Part shown: positions 50,441 to 61,847 of the stretch, piece by piece
Layout: the number at the start of each line of letters is the position of its first letter
Numbering within the stretch: position 1 is the stretch's first letter
From: Azolla caroliniana
Lineage: Eukaryota > Plantae > Polypodiophyta
Assembly (NCBI GenBank): GCA_043228905.1
Contig: JBHGNT010000016.1
Coordinates: forward strand, 4,030,001-4,094,000
Direction of reading: 5' to 3'
Length of the DNA stretch: 64,000 nt
The notes under the pieces: model-generated
Databases searched by the model: none
Told to the model about the DNA's origin: nothing
The model's input: only the letters and a program-made list of their open reading frames with translations
Program-made: the position numbers and the translations under genes

Positions 50441-53400
50441 TTAAAGACTTAGACTCTAGAATCACTTTCTTTAAGAAGAGACCAATTCTTCGAGGATTGG
50501 GTGGGGACCCTATCTATCTCGATGAAGACCTCACCAAGATGCAAATTGAGCATCGCAAGAGTTGTATGCCAAAGGTTATGCAAGCTCGCAAAGACGGGCA
50601 TCGCGCCTTTTATCGAGATGGGCGAGTGATCATAAATGATCGCACTACTAATTGACGGCGTGTGGCCCATGTGACAGAAAACACACTTAGGATGACCTTA
50701 TGGAATTGTAACGGCGCACTCTGGACACACCCCGGCCGCCTAGAGGGGATATTAAAGGAATCAGATATAGTTTGCCTAGTAGAAACACACCAAAGCCCAA
50801 ATAGGGGACTCCCACGAGTCGAAGGATTTCGTTGGGAGTCGGCTTTTAGACAAACCTCACGTCGATGCACTACCAGGGGATCTGGAGGTGTCGCAATATT
50901 GTTTCGGAGGGAGCTACATAATAGGATAGAAATACTGAGCACTGACCCAGAAGCTCGTTTTATGTGGGTGAAAGTCTCCACAAGCAAGGACAAGGCAGTA
51001 ATTTTCGCCATTTGTTACTTCCCCCCAAAAGGCTCTCGTTATAATCTGGCTGGCGAGGCGAGATTAGTTGATGACGGAGTGCCACATGGGCCTTCCCCAT
51101 ATGAACCTCTATCGGATGACATAATCCGATATTCTTCCCAAGGCGAAGTATTCCTTGTAGGAGACTTTAATGCGAGAACCCAATCCCGACAATGCACAAT
51201 ATTTCAAATGAATAGAAACCTAGAAATGGTAAATGTTGATCCTTCAGACATAGACACCACACGTAAATCAAAGGATCAAGGTGCAGACGCCACGAGCTTT
51301 GGCCATCATTTGCTCGAACTCGGTAGTCGGCACCAGATGGTCATATATAATGGTTTAGCCAAGTGGCCAGGTTCGGAAGAGCTCACATGTTTCCCACATG
51401 GAGGAGGGGAAAGCACAGTCGATTATCTAATAGGACGCCCTGAAGCCACCCACATGATTAACTCCTTCCGAGTGGCCCCATGTCCTATTGGCGCGGACCA
51501 TAGTTTCTTATACTTCGAGATAAAATGCGATATCTCTAACGTCACCAACTCTAGTCAACCACGCCATGACATCACAATACATTTCACACATGAGCTCTCT
51601 GACATATATGCTCGACATGTTCAAGCCCATCTGTCCTCCCTTGATCCCTCCCTACCTTTAGAGAGCCTTAATACGAAACTCACACACATCCTTCATTCTG
51701 CAGCGGTTAGCAGCTTCCCATACACGAAACACTCCAATCAAGGTAGAGTAGGATCTATGCCACAAAATAGATGGTATGATGAGGATTGTAGGTGCTTACA
51801 TCGACAACTTACAATATCGCAACTCAGTGGTAGTATTACCTCAGTACAAGCTCGTAAAGAAATGCGCAAGATGACACGTCGTAAGAGACGAGCATGGGAG
51901 GCATCCCAATATTGGGAACTCTACCACATGCTCATGAGTAACGATTGTGCCACTGCATGGAAGAGATTACGGGAACCAAGACCACAAACACCCATCGAAG
52001 ATCCCGAAACTTGGCACACTTATACAGAGAGACTTTACCACATCCCAAACCAACCACCCATTCCAATGCCTTCCACACCCCGACCTACTGTGGGGACACT
52101 CTTCACGACCTCTAGGGTCACGAAGGTCATAAAGAAATTACAACATAGGAAGTCCATGGACCACACAGGGTTGCGAGCAGAACACATCATATACGCGAGA
52201 GAGTGCCTAGCTCCCTTACTAACTCTAATCTTCAATCGTGCCCTTGCAGAGGGTTTTCCATCACAATGGACCATGAACACAGTGGCCCCCATACATAAGG
52301 GGGGGGACCCCATGGACCCAAATACTTATAGGACCATTATGATAGGTCATACCCTTGCTAAATTATATGGTGCAGTAATGGAGGCAGAGCTTAGCGAGTA
52401 TATGGAGACCTTAAATCTTCGTGCACCTGAACAGGCCGGTTTTAGACGAGCCTTCTCCACTATTGACCATATCTTCACACTTAGATGCTTAATTGACCAG
52501 ACTAAGGCTCGCAAGAAGAAACTATATTGTTGTTTTGTGGACTTCCGCAAAGCCTTTGACACGGTCCCTAGAGAGCGGTTGTTTGATAGGCTTAAGAGCT
52601 TGAGGATACCAGATGACATGGTTTGGGCCATCTACGCACTATATGAACAAGTGTCCGGGTGTGTTCGATGCCCAGGCGGCATATCCGATAGTTTCACTAG
52701 CACTATTGGTGTAAAACAAGGTTGCCCCTTATCTCCGACTCTTTTTGGGATCTACATTGATGAGATCACAGATTTTATTGCTCGTAAGGGAGGCAATGGA
52801 GTAGTCCTTGGAGATACGCAGGTGCGTATCTTGCTCTATGCAGATGACATAGTTTTGCTCTCTGAATCCGAACACGACCTACAAAGGCACCTTAATGCCT
52901 TAGATGACTTTTGCACACAACGAGGATTGGTAGTGAATCTAGGGAAAACTAAAGTCCTTATCTTCCACACGTCGGCCCAAGTTAGGGCTAAGTGTCACCT
53001 AACTATCTCCCATAGCCCAGTTGAGGTGGTTGGATCATATGTCTATCTCGGAGTCACTTTCAGTGCCCGCTCAGGTAAATTTTCGATGACACAAGCAGCG
53101 AAGGATAGACTTACAAGAGGACATGCATCCCTCTCACTCCTCGAGAGACAATGCCACCAAGCATACTTCCAAGAGCCACGAACTAAAGGGTGGCTCTTTG
53201 ACTCATTAGTGACTCCCTCTCTCATGTATGCATCAGCGGTTTGGGCCCCAGGACTACCATCTTTCATGTGGACGCAATTAGAGAGACCATTGGTGATGAT
53301 GTTATCACGCCAACTCCGAAGCAAATCGTCGGTCCCACATGACATTATTAGGGCTGAGTTCACTCTACCCCCTATGTTAGTAGAAGCACTTTTTCAACTG

Positions 53401-54586
53401 GTAGTCTTTATACACAGGATACATAACCAACCACTTGATAGAATATCCCACCAAGCCTTTAAGGCTTCTCGAGCATTGTATGAGTCCGGCTATACTAGCT
53501 CATGGTATGGCATGATGGTGAGTTGGCTTCTTGCCAACGGTCTAGACATTACTAACCTCCCCCCCCTTAAGTACGACCACACGAATGATAACACTTTACT
53601 CTCTCATGAGGACCGTAATAAAGTAATACGCCAAGAAATATGGCAAATTTATACCCGGTATAAATGGATCACCCCACTAGAGCCACTCCCATCTAAAATG
53701 TCGTACTATAAAGAACACTTTATGCACTTCTCTGAGTTAGGTTTTATCACGCGCCCAAAATATCTAGATGTATTCTTACCACATGCACTAAGGGTTGCCA
53801 TTGGTCAACTTAGAATATCATCTCACCAACTTGAGATTGAGAATGGACGTACTAATGGAGTCCCTAGGGAGGAAAGGATATGTAGGTTATGCCACATAGA
53901 GATAGAGGATGAGTACCATTTTACATGCAAATGCCCCACCTATGCCGAGATAAGGGCAAAATACCAAGACATACTTGGTTCCTCTCCCACCCTCCCTAAA
54001 CTATTAGATACACTAGATATAAAGAAATTAGGTAGATACATCTTAGAATTGAAACACCACAGAGAGAACAAATTACAAAACGTTGATAATAATGTTGCTA
54101 ATGTTTACCAACATATAACAAATGAAGTTTTTCAGGAACAGGGGGAGACAATGAATGTCGACACACCTGTACCACTCGGACTTCTCCTTGATGAAGCAGA
54201 AAATCAAAGAAGAACCAAACGCCCTCGGATGCCGGGTTTCAAAGCAACTCGACGAGATGTAGAAGCAATAAAGAAAATAAGGGAACGTGAACTACACCGC
54301 CTAGAAGCCATGGCTAGGGCACTCTATGCATCGGGACCATGGGTCACACCCACACCAAAAACTTTTGACCTCCCACTTCTTTTTGAGAGACTTGGGTGGA
54401 AATGAGATTAGGCTTGGTGCAAAGTTTTGTACACTACTAGAACTTTCTTAGCTTAAGCTATTTTCTTTTATTTTTAGTTTTGATGATTGGATAAACACTC
54501 ATCTTTTGTTGTAACCTATTTGTCTCATGGGCCAAATTTGGCCTTAGAAGACGTTAATATATCTTTCTTTCTTTCTTTCTTTCTTT
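50441..54586 (+). mobile_element. LINE B, same family, 5'-truncated within ORF1, inserted in a (CT)n tract
   Basis: End of ORF1, intact ORF2, (CTTT)n tail, CT repeats on both flanks. Confidence 0.93.
50662..54405 (+). CDS. LINE ORF2: AP endonuclease-reverse transcriptase, 1247 aa; true start uncertain
   Basis: WNCNG, GDFNA and DH motifs (APE); QAGFR, GVKQGCPLSP and YADD (RT); C-terminal CRLC..EDEYHF..C. Confidence 0.92.
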   Translation: MAHVTENTLRMTLWNCNGALWTHPGRLEGILKESDIVCLVETHQSPNRGLPRVEGFRWESAFRQTSRRCTTRGSGGVAILFRRELHNRIEILSTDPEARFMWVKVSTSKDKAVIFAICYFPPKGSRYNLAGEARLVDDGVPHGPSPYEPLSDDIIRYSSQGEVFLVGDFNARTQSRQCTIFQMNRNLEMVNVDPSDIDTTRKSKDQGADATSFGHHLLELGSRHQMVIYNGLAKWPGSEELTCFPHGGGESTVDYLIGRPEATHMINSFRVAPCPIGADHSFLYFEIKCDISNVTNSSQPRHDITIHFTHELSDIYARHVQAHLSSLDPSLPLESLNTKLTHILHSAAVSSFPYTKHSNQGRVGSMPQNRWYDEDCRCLHRQLTISQLSGSITSVQARKEMRKMTRRKRRAWEASQYWELYHMLMSNDCATAWKRLREPRPQTPIEDPETWHTYTERLYHIPNQPPIPMPSTPRPTVGTLFTTSRVTKVIKKLQHRKSMDHTGLRAEHIIYARECLAPLLTLIFNRALAEGFPSQWTMNTVAPIHKGGDPMDPNTYRTIMIGHTLAKLYGAVMEAELSEYMETLNLRAPEQAGFRRAFSTIDHIFTLRCLIDQTKARKKKLYCCFVDFRKAFDTVPRERLFDRLKSLRIPDDMVWAIYALYEQVSGCVRCPGGISDSFTSTIGVKQGCPLSPTLFGIYIDEITDFIARKGGNGVVLGDTQVRILLYADDIVLLSESEHDLQRHLNALDDFCTQRGLVVNLGKTKVLIFHTSAQVRAKCHLTISHSPVEVVGSYVYLGVTFSARSGKFSMTQAAKDRLTRGHASLSLLERQCHQAYFQEPRTKGWLFDSLVTPSLMYASAVWAPGLPSFMWTQLERPLVMMLSRQLRSKSSVPHDIIRAEFTLPPMLVEALFQLVVFIHRIHNQPLDRISHQAFKASRALYESGYTSSWYGMMVSWLLANGLDITNLPPLKYDHTNDNTLLSHEDRNKVIRQEIWQIYTRYKWITPLEPLPSKMSYYKEHFMHFSELGFITRPKYLDVFLPHALRVAIGQLRISSHQLEIENGRTNGVPREERICRLCHIEIEDEYHFTCKCPTYAEIRAKYQDILGSSPTLPKLLDTLDIKKLGRYILELKHHRENKLQNVDNNVANVYQHITNEVFQEQGETMNVDTPVPLGLLLDEAENQRRTKRPRMPGFKATRRDVEAIKKIRERELHRLEAMARALYASGPWVTPTPKTFDLPLLFERLGWK

Positions 54587-54686
54587 CTCTCTCTCCCGCG
54601 CACTGTGTGTGTCCAACCTTTCCATTAAACCTGTGTTTTCCTTACGTTCGGTTTTCTGTTGCTTCCGCACATTGTTCCTTTTAACA

Positions 54687-56163
54687 TTCCGGCCACAAGG
54701 AAAAAAGGGACCGGAAAGGCGTGAACAGGCGTGTGCACGGATGTGCGCGAAAACTTTAATAGGAAAAATTAAATAAGGGAATAAATCTAGGCGAATCTCT
54801 ATCCGGGAGGGCATAAGTTAATTACATGGTGTGACAGCTCCTTCCCGCTTTGGCCTATAAAAGGAGGAGGAGAGGGTTGATCATTATCGCGCGTTTAAAG
54901 GGGAACGAAGTGTTGTCCGACTGGGAACCGAGCACCTATTCTCTGCATTTTCTTTTTGTTTCCTCTTAGGTCAGACGCCTCTGCTCGCGTAGGAAGCCCG
55001 TGTGCTCCCGGCAGAGGCTCCACATTATACTTTGGTGATTGGTTTGCGTGGGTTGCTCGCTGAGATCGAAGCTCGACTACCGGTCGAGCCAGTTGTAACT
55101 TCTCTATCTTCTAATCGAGATGTTGGTATGCATTTCTTGTTGATCATCTAACATGTTACCCCGATCCCAGCCAAGCCACTTGGGCCCTCTGCATCTCGAC
55201 ACCTAACATCTTACGCACCCTCCGTCTATCTTATTCCCCTTCTTCTTCTTTAACTCTTCGGTCTGAGGCCCCCATGGTCCCCCGCCTAGCTTCACACACA
55301 CGCGCGTAGTTACGCAACATAATTTGGTGAACCCGACATGAAAAGGCGGTAGAGGAGTCTGAAGAATGAGGGGAAGTGAGCTTGTTGAAGCCATGGCGGT
55401 AGCCATTGGCTGGCTAGTGAGCGCTAGTGAGGGCACGGGTGCCCTTGACAGGGCCATCGAAACAATCGCATGCACAGTAGGCCGATTTGGTGGGAAGAAC
55501 GTGAAAAGTTACCTTGAGGCCTACCAGAACGTCCAGGAACCAGTGGTGGCGCTAATAGACCATGGATCTGAAATCAACCTAATGTCCATGGATTTCTACA
55601 AGAAAGGGAAGTGGCCGATCAACACCAAGCACGGATGGAAAACACACGCAGCTACGTGCGCTATGGAGGAGCTACACGGGGCATGCCCGAATGTACGCGT
55701 GAAGATTGGCGATATCAAGATTGATCAACACTTTTTCATACAGGAGACCTCCTCGCACCCGGTGATTCTTGGAGAACCATACATTATGGTGGCCCGTATG
55801 GAGACCAAAGTGTTGGACAATGGTTCGGCGTACACGCAGGTGAAGAGCCAAGATGAGCGTCACTCCATCCAATTTCTAACTATGCGACTGAATCACAAGC
55901 GTAACCGCGAGTCTCTCGGCAGCGACGACCGAGAGGATGTTTAGAGAGGGCTATCAAGGCGTGGGGCCACGGTAGTCTGAACAACCCGGAGAAACCCCAC
56001 ACATGTACCATAGGTAGGAAATGTTGGTTCTCCGACAACGGAGGTTGTATTATAGCCAGCGTCAGCGGCCAGAAAAAGAAGCAGGTCGAAGAGCGTTTAA
56101 GGGCGTGCGGTGCCCTTGGCTCTGACGATGAGATTAGCGACGCCGTGGAGGTGGTCTCATTTG
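54687..56163 (+). mobile_element. Gypsy D relic (partial 5' LTR to 55319, deleted gag, protease, frameshift region)
   Basis: LTR resembles Gypsy A; PBS TGGTGAACCCGACATGAA at 55325; ORF 55366-55944 with LIDHGS protease. Confidence 0.85.
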
Positions 56164-57645
56164 CTCAAGAGGGACCTCCCATCTTCCTCGTCATCTATGT
56201 GGATGACATGCTACTCTCCAGTTGACATGTCAGAGATCTTGACGAACTTGATCGGCAATTGCGGTTGAAGTTTGCCATGAAGGATCTCGGTCCGACAAGA
56301 CACATTCTCGGGATGAAGATAAGTCGGAATAGGAATCGACAACGGTTATTTCTGTCTCAATCTGACTATATTGGACGTGTCTTAGAACACTTCAACATGC
56401 AATCGGCCAAATCTGCCTCGACCCCGCTCCCAAATAAGTCGTCGGTTGTCTTAGCGAGACTGCCCGACATCCGGTCCAGAGGGGGAAATTATGAAGTCGG
56501 TACCATATGCACCAACAATCGGCTCCTTAATGTACGTGATGGTCGTGACACGACCTGACATTGCTCATGGTGTCGAAGTCATCACCAGATTCATGCACAA
56601 TCCCGGTTTATCGCATTGGAACGTGGTAAACCATGTGTTCTGATATCTGGTGGGCACAAAAGACTATGGCATCCTATTCGACCCGAATGACACTTCAGGC
56701 ATAATCGGATACAATGACTCAGACTTTGTCGGTTGTGTGGACAGTCGAAAATCGACAACCGGTTATTGTTTCAAATTCGTAAATGGAGCAATCTCGTGGA
56801 GGTCGAAACTTTAGGTGTGCACTTCTACATCAACGACCGAGGCCGAATACGTAGCCGTGTCCGACACGGTGAAAGAGGCCTTATAGTTCGAGTTGTCTAT
56901 AGTGACAGTCATGGCGTTGTCGCTCTGTCAAAAAATCCGATCCAACACAATGCCTCGAATCACATCGACATGAGATATCACTTTGTTCGAAACTGTGCCA
57001 TTTCAGGTAAAATCGACCTCGAGAAGATACCTACAGCCGATAATGTCGCAGACGAGATGAACAAGTGTCTTTTGGCGGATCGATTTCGATCCCTTTAGCA
57101 TTACATGGGTGTAACAAATAATAGGTCTGATTCAGAACGGTTTTGGACATTTAGCTTCAACTGTTCGAGACTCGGCTTCAGTCCTTCCGATCCCAGCTGA
57201 CCCGGCCTTCTATTCTCAGATCTTGCCGAACTCGAACAAAGCCTACTTGCTTGTTTACTTTGTATAATATGTAATTCTTGTTTATTCTTTCTATTCTTTT
57301 TTCATATACACCCATAACGGGGGAGTGTCGAATACGGGTCTCTAATGGACGTATTCACATTGTCCTATTGGACATACTAGGTTTATACCATATTTGTAAA
57401 TACTGGGAAGGGCAGTTGCCCTAGGTCAGTGGTATATAAACTAACCCTTGTAACCTAGTCAGTGGTGGTTGCTCATTCTATACATTGAGTTGTTGAGCTT
57501 GAGTAACAAAGTTCATCTTGTGCCCAAGTTTCTATTCTTGAATTCTTGAATTCATGTTTGATCTTGTTAAATGATTCAGTTTTTTGTAATCATTAATCTA
57601 CACGACTTGTACCTGTTAATGATCTTTCACTAGAGGAGTATAACA
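56164..57645 (+). mobile_element. Copia E relic (RT/RNase H, PPT, 3' LTR 57326-57645)
   Basis: IYVDDML, KDLG and HIDMRYHFVR motifs; GGGGGAG PPT; TG..CA LTR abutting a half tRNA. Confidence 0.82.
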
Positions 57646-57647
57646 AG

Positions 57648-58222
57648 CCCTTGTACCTCTTTCATGCTAAGTGAGCTCTACCATTTGAGCCACATCTCCC
57701 ACGACATCGGGAGATGTCATATGGGCATAAAGAGGTATTTTTTCCTGACACTTATTTGACTTCATCACTTGTGCCCCAAGGCCTAATCTTACATCAAATA
57801 GGTGTGACCTAAGTCACATGGAAACAATGGTTAGGATGGTGCAACATATATGTAGTATAACGTCTAAAGTGAGCCTCCACATTTTTCCCATGTCATGATA
57901 CATCGGCATTGCAAAAAGCCTCATTCACAAAGGAATTTATTGATGTATCATGAAGCAAGTATGTGCCTTTTGGATCGTTTTTCTTGTTTCCCATGGGATT
58001 TTAGGAAGTACATGTAATGGATTTTTTTGAACATTAAACATATTGTGGTGTGCATGTGTTCCTTTGTGCCGCCCTTTTAGCACACCCTGTTTAGCTAAGC
58101 CAACCCAAATGGGTACATTTGTATCAACTATAAATTGAGTAAGAAGTAAGAAGCTAAGTAGGTTGGTTTTGATCTCTTATGTGCATTTCACATATTGGTG
58201 GAGATGCAGGGTACCAATCCCC
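57648..58222 (-). pseudogene. tRNA-Ala fragments at 57648-57699 and 58199-58222
   Basis: cccttgtacctct...taccatttgagccacatctcc and tggagatgcagggtaccaatcccc match the array tRNA. Confidence 0.7.
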
Positions 58223-59125
58223 CACGTCCAAGCATCCACCTCTTCCCCCTCACCTTAGGTGTCCACTAACTTCTTGTCCCACAAGTTTCTCTGATCTCCC
58301 TCCTACACGATAGCCCTCCTGTCCACCACCTCAGCCAAGTCCAGGTGGCCCTCAGTCCACAGGAGCAATTGATCTTTCTCCGTCAATTGATCTTTCCCCG
58401 ATCCCCCTCTGACACGATAGCCCTCTTGTCCCCCACTTCAGCCAAGTCCAGGTGGCCCTCAGTCCACATGAGTGATTGATCTCTATCCACCAATTGCTAG
58501 CTTGTTTTCCGTCACTAGCCCCGTCCAACTATTATACGATCAAGGCCGCCAGTTCCACGGGGATGTCCTCAACGTCCTTGCAGCTCAACTAGGTGTTCAG
58601 CATGTGTTTAAGTCCCCATACCATCATTAGACAAATGGCCTCACCAGACGCCTCAACAAGACCCTCAAGAAGGAGATTGCCTCTTACATTGATCCATGCC
58701 ACAAAACGTGGAATCAAATCTTGCCTTTCATCACCCACGCCTACAATACATCCGTATAGGCTTCGACACGGATCAACCCTTCTCGAGCACTCTATTGGCG
58801 TAACCCTCAAGTCCCACCAGAATCGTCCATTGATGTCCATTTGAAACCTGCCAACATGGATAATGTCACTTGGGAGCTCTATCTCCAACAAATGCTCCCC
58901 CTCCTTCGACAAGCCATGACTCAAGTTTTTGTTCCTATTCCTAATCCTCGGTCTCTTGTTTCTCTCATGGGGGAAATGTGGTGTGCATATGTTCCTTTGT
59001 GTCACCCTTTTAGCACACCTTGTTTAGCTAAGCCAACCCAAATGGGTACCTTTGTATCAACTATAAATTGAGTAAGAAGTAAGAAGCTAAGTAGGCTGGT
59101 TTTGATCTCTTATGTGCATTTCACA
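58044..59125 (+). repeat. ~150-bp direct repeats (58044-58192, 58977-59125) flanking a Gypsy-type integrase fragment (~58517-58830)
   Basis: Repeat seen directly; inner frame SPVQLLYDQGRQF...SPYHH*TNGLTRRLNKTLK resembles an rve core. Confidence 0.7.
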
Positions 59126-59199
59126 ATATATTGAAAAAACCCTTCCATTACCACAATCTTAACGAGAATTATCTCGTCTTAAGTGGAAGGGGACATGTG

Positions 59200-59605
59200 T
59201 TTATTGTCTTGGAGAAACGAAAATGCATTTAAACATTTTCAAACTCTTTCCAAGAGGACAAAGGGGTGTTACCACCCTATGCTTCTACCCCATAGAGAAA
59301 CATTGGTGTCACCAAAGTGTTGAAAATGTATTGGTTAAGGATTGAGGACTTAATTTCTCCATGATTACATGTGCTCTCAACTGCATAATATATTCTCTTT
59401 CCCACCTCTAAGCGGTTATAGCATATTCATTCTATCTACAATATGAAGGAACTTCAAGGCCAAGGTATTAAAGTTTTCTATCAATGATTTGCAGATAATG
59501 CATGATTCACCCTTATTTTGGCTCTTCACAAGTATAACCTTTGTTTTAGAGCTATTGACACTCAACTTTGTATACATGCAAAACACTTCCAATGCCCTCA
59601 TTAGA
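59200..59605 (-). mobile_element. Old LINE RT fragment
   Basis: LEVFC..TKLSVNSSKTKVI and IFNTLVTPMFLYGVEA resemble LINE B ORF2. Confidence 0.65.
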
Positions 59606-60791
59606 TAGGTAGATAGATAGATAGATTTTATTATTGTCTTCAAGAGAGAGAAGAGAGAGAGGCTTAGCTTTAGCTCTAAGGAATCAAAAATGAAGAAAAA
59701 CCTTTGCACAAAGGGTTATATTTTGTCCTTCTCTAACATTGTCCCTTTTGCACTTAGAGGTATTAAATGTTTATAAATGTTACCTTTATGCCCTATTAGA
59801 TTGTTTCGCTCATTCTCTCAGTTGCCTTACATCTCCAATGACATGGCTCTCTTGTGAATCCCCATAGGATAGGAGGTAAGATGTTTGAAGGTTGTAAAAA
59901 CTCAATCTCCTCCTTACACTTCCCATTGATACGCTCTAACACCCTTATAAATTTTCTCTCAACGAAAGAGGAGTGTTGGAATGCTTGTCGATAAATCATT
60001 AGATGGCTCCATATTTGCCTAAAATAAACGTCAATATGTACGTGTGATTGTATATTATATGTATGTAGTATGTACAATTGTGTGTATGTGTATATGTATA
60101 TGTATATGTATGTATGACGATAGTATGTTTGTACAATTATGTGTATAGTCATTGTGTGAATATGTATGTATGTGTATGAATATTGTATAATCAAATGTGT
60201 GCGTACGTAATCATGCATGTGTAAAAGGGAATAAAACCATATTCTTTGGTTTTAACAACCCTATGTATTGTAATGTTTACAATTTAGAATAATTGTCGAT
60301 CTGAAAACCAAGCTCATGAGTCATGTTCATGTATTGATGTGTCATTTTGCCATATAAGAGGGACCCAGAGAAACATGTGCAAATGATACGTCTCTCGTTA
60401 TTCAATTTTGATTTACTTTTAGATTTCATATGTGATACAGGGACTATTCTCGATACATGTAACATGGTTACTCTATCATCTTGTATGAATAATTTATTGT
60501 TAAATCATATTACTTTGTACACATGCATAGTTCTAAGCTTACGAGGATTGGACTCAAAGGTATGGTCTCACAATTCTAATGAGTTAAAATGTCAATCAAA
60601 ATCCTCAAATTGGACAAGACCGAGATGGAATTTTCACGAGAAAACATGAATTGTGTCATCGATTTGGATTTGGGTTTGGATTACGTAGCAGGGGTGGGAT
60701 TTCTTCACAAAGATATTGTTGATACGTGAGGCGAATAATCAGCGACAAGGCCAAATCATGGATGGATACACCCGAAAAAGATTTTATGGAC

Positions 60792-60822
<31 letters not shown>

Positions 60823-61118
60823 CATACATTGACATAGGCGACAAGAAGGTAGATTCGTAATGTATTGGAGGTACATGCATGCAATGACAAATCGTCGCAT
60901 TTCATCATCCCATTGATTCCCTGGGGAGACACTTTGTTTGGTTGCGGGGGCCGGCCTCAATGTGAATGAATTTTAGGTTCCTTGTGGAAAATGAACAATT
61001 ATATTAAAAGGGGGAAGGAAGAGGTTTGAGATATTTTTCCCAGATAAATGAAATGAATGGAGGAAGAAAGAAGCAGACCAAGTAAAATAGGGGGGAGAGC
61101 CAGGTCAGCCTGATCGTC

Positions 61119-61203
61119 CACGTGGCATCCGCCACGTCAGCCAGGGATTAGGGAAATATCGCGCTGACGTGGCAGGGCACGTGGGAAGTGAGTGCCACGT
61201 GGA
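61119..61203. promoter_or_regulatory. Cluster of five ACGT-core G-box/ABRE-type elements
   Basis: CACGTG x3 (61119, 61178, 61196), GCCACGTCA and TGACGTGGC within 85 bp upstream of the TPR gene. Confidence 0.7.
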
Positions 61204-61334
61204 ATGCGACATTGAGAGTCCGATTTAGTAGCTATTTTTCAATTTTTATATTTTTACTTTTTTATTAGTTCTGTGTTTGTTTTATTATTTTTGCCTTCTT
61301 TTTTATGTTTGCTTTTTGTTTACGAGTCTTTCTA

Positions 61335-61456
61335 TTTATTTATTTATTTATTTATTTATTCATTCATTCATTCATTCATTCATTCATTCATTCATTTATT
61401 TATTTATTTATTTATTCATTCATTCATTTATTTATTTATTTATTTATTCTTTATTT

Positions 61457-61511
<55 letters not shown>

Positions 61512-61514
61512 TTT
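61335..61514. repeat. (ATTT)n/(ATTC)n compound microsatellite
   Basis: Seen directly. Confidence 0.95.
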
Positions 61515-61658
61515 TCGAGAACCTCTGTTTCTTCTTCTTCTTCTTCATATCTCCTCCTCCTGCTGCTTCTTGATCTTCTTCTTCTCCCGTTTCGCCGGCA
61601 GCTCCTGCCGTTTCTGCAGATCCTCTCCCTCTCCTCCTCCTCCTCCTCCTCCATCGCC

Positions 61659-61763
61659 ATGACTGTCTACCGCAGAAGCTCCCCCTCCTCTGTGTGCAGA
61701 AGCCTCCTCTGCAGAGCCGGACATGGATCCTCTGTTGTAACCATCCCCCCTTGCTTCTTTTGA
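61659..61763 (+). promoter_or_regulatory. Candidate 34-codon uORF in the TPR gene leader
   Basis: gccATG context; stop 84 nt before the main ATG. Confidence 0.5.
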
Positions 61764-61847
61764 ATACCTTCTCCCTGTCCAAAAGTCGAAAGAAACGGAT
61801 CTTTACTGCTTGTAATCGTCGTGGTAGCTTACGCGGTAGGGGGTGGA

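Larger units (their letters stand above)
41288..54686 (+). mobile_element. Decayed Copia C, 5' part missing; pol 41288-~44650 and 49805-50144; 3' LTR 50139-54686; split by two LINEs
   Basis: DSGAS protease, integrase, RT (YVDD) and RNase H with stops; PPT GAGGGGGAG at 50130; LTR ends GCTTCCGC...TTAACA; 201-bp internal duplication at ~44119/44320. Confidence 0.85.

Noticed and set aside
61273-61662. Long hydrophobic ORFs (YLFI/HSFI repeats)
   Set aside because: Translation of the ATTT/ATTC microsatellite
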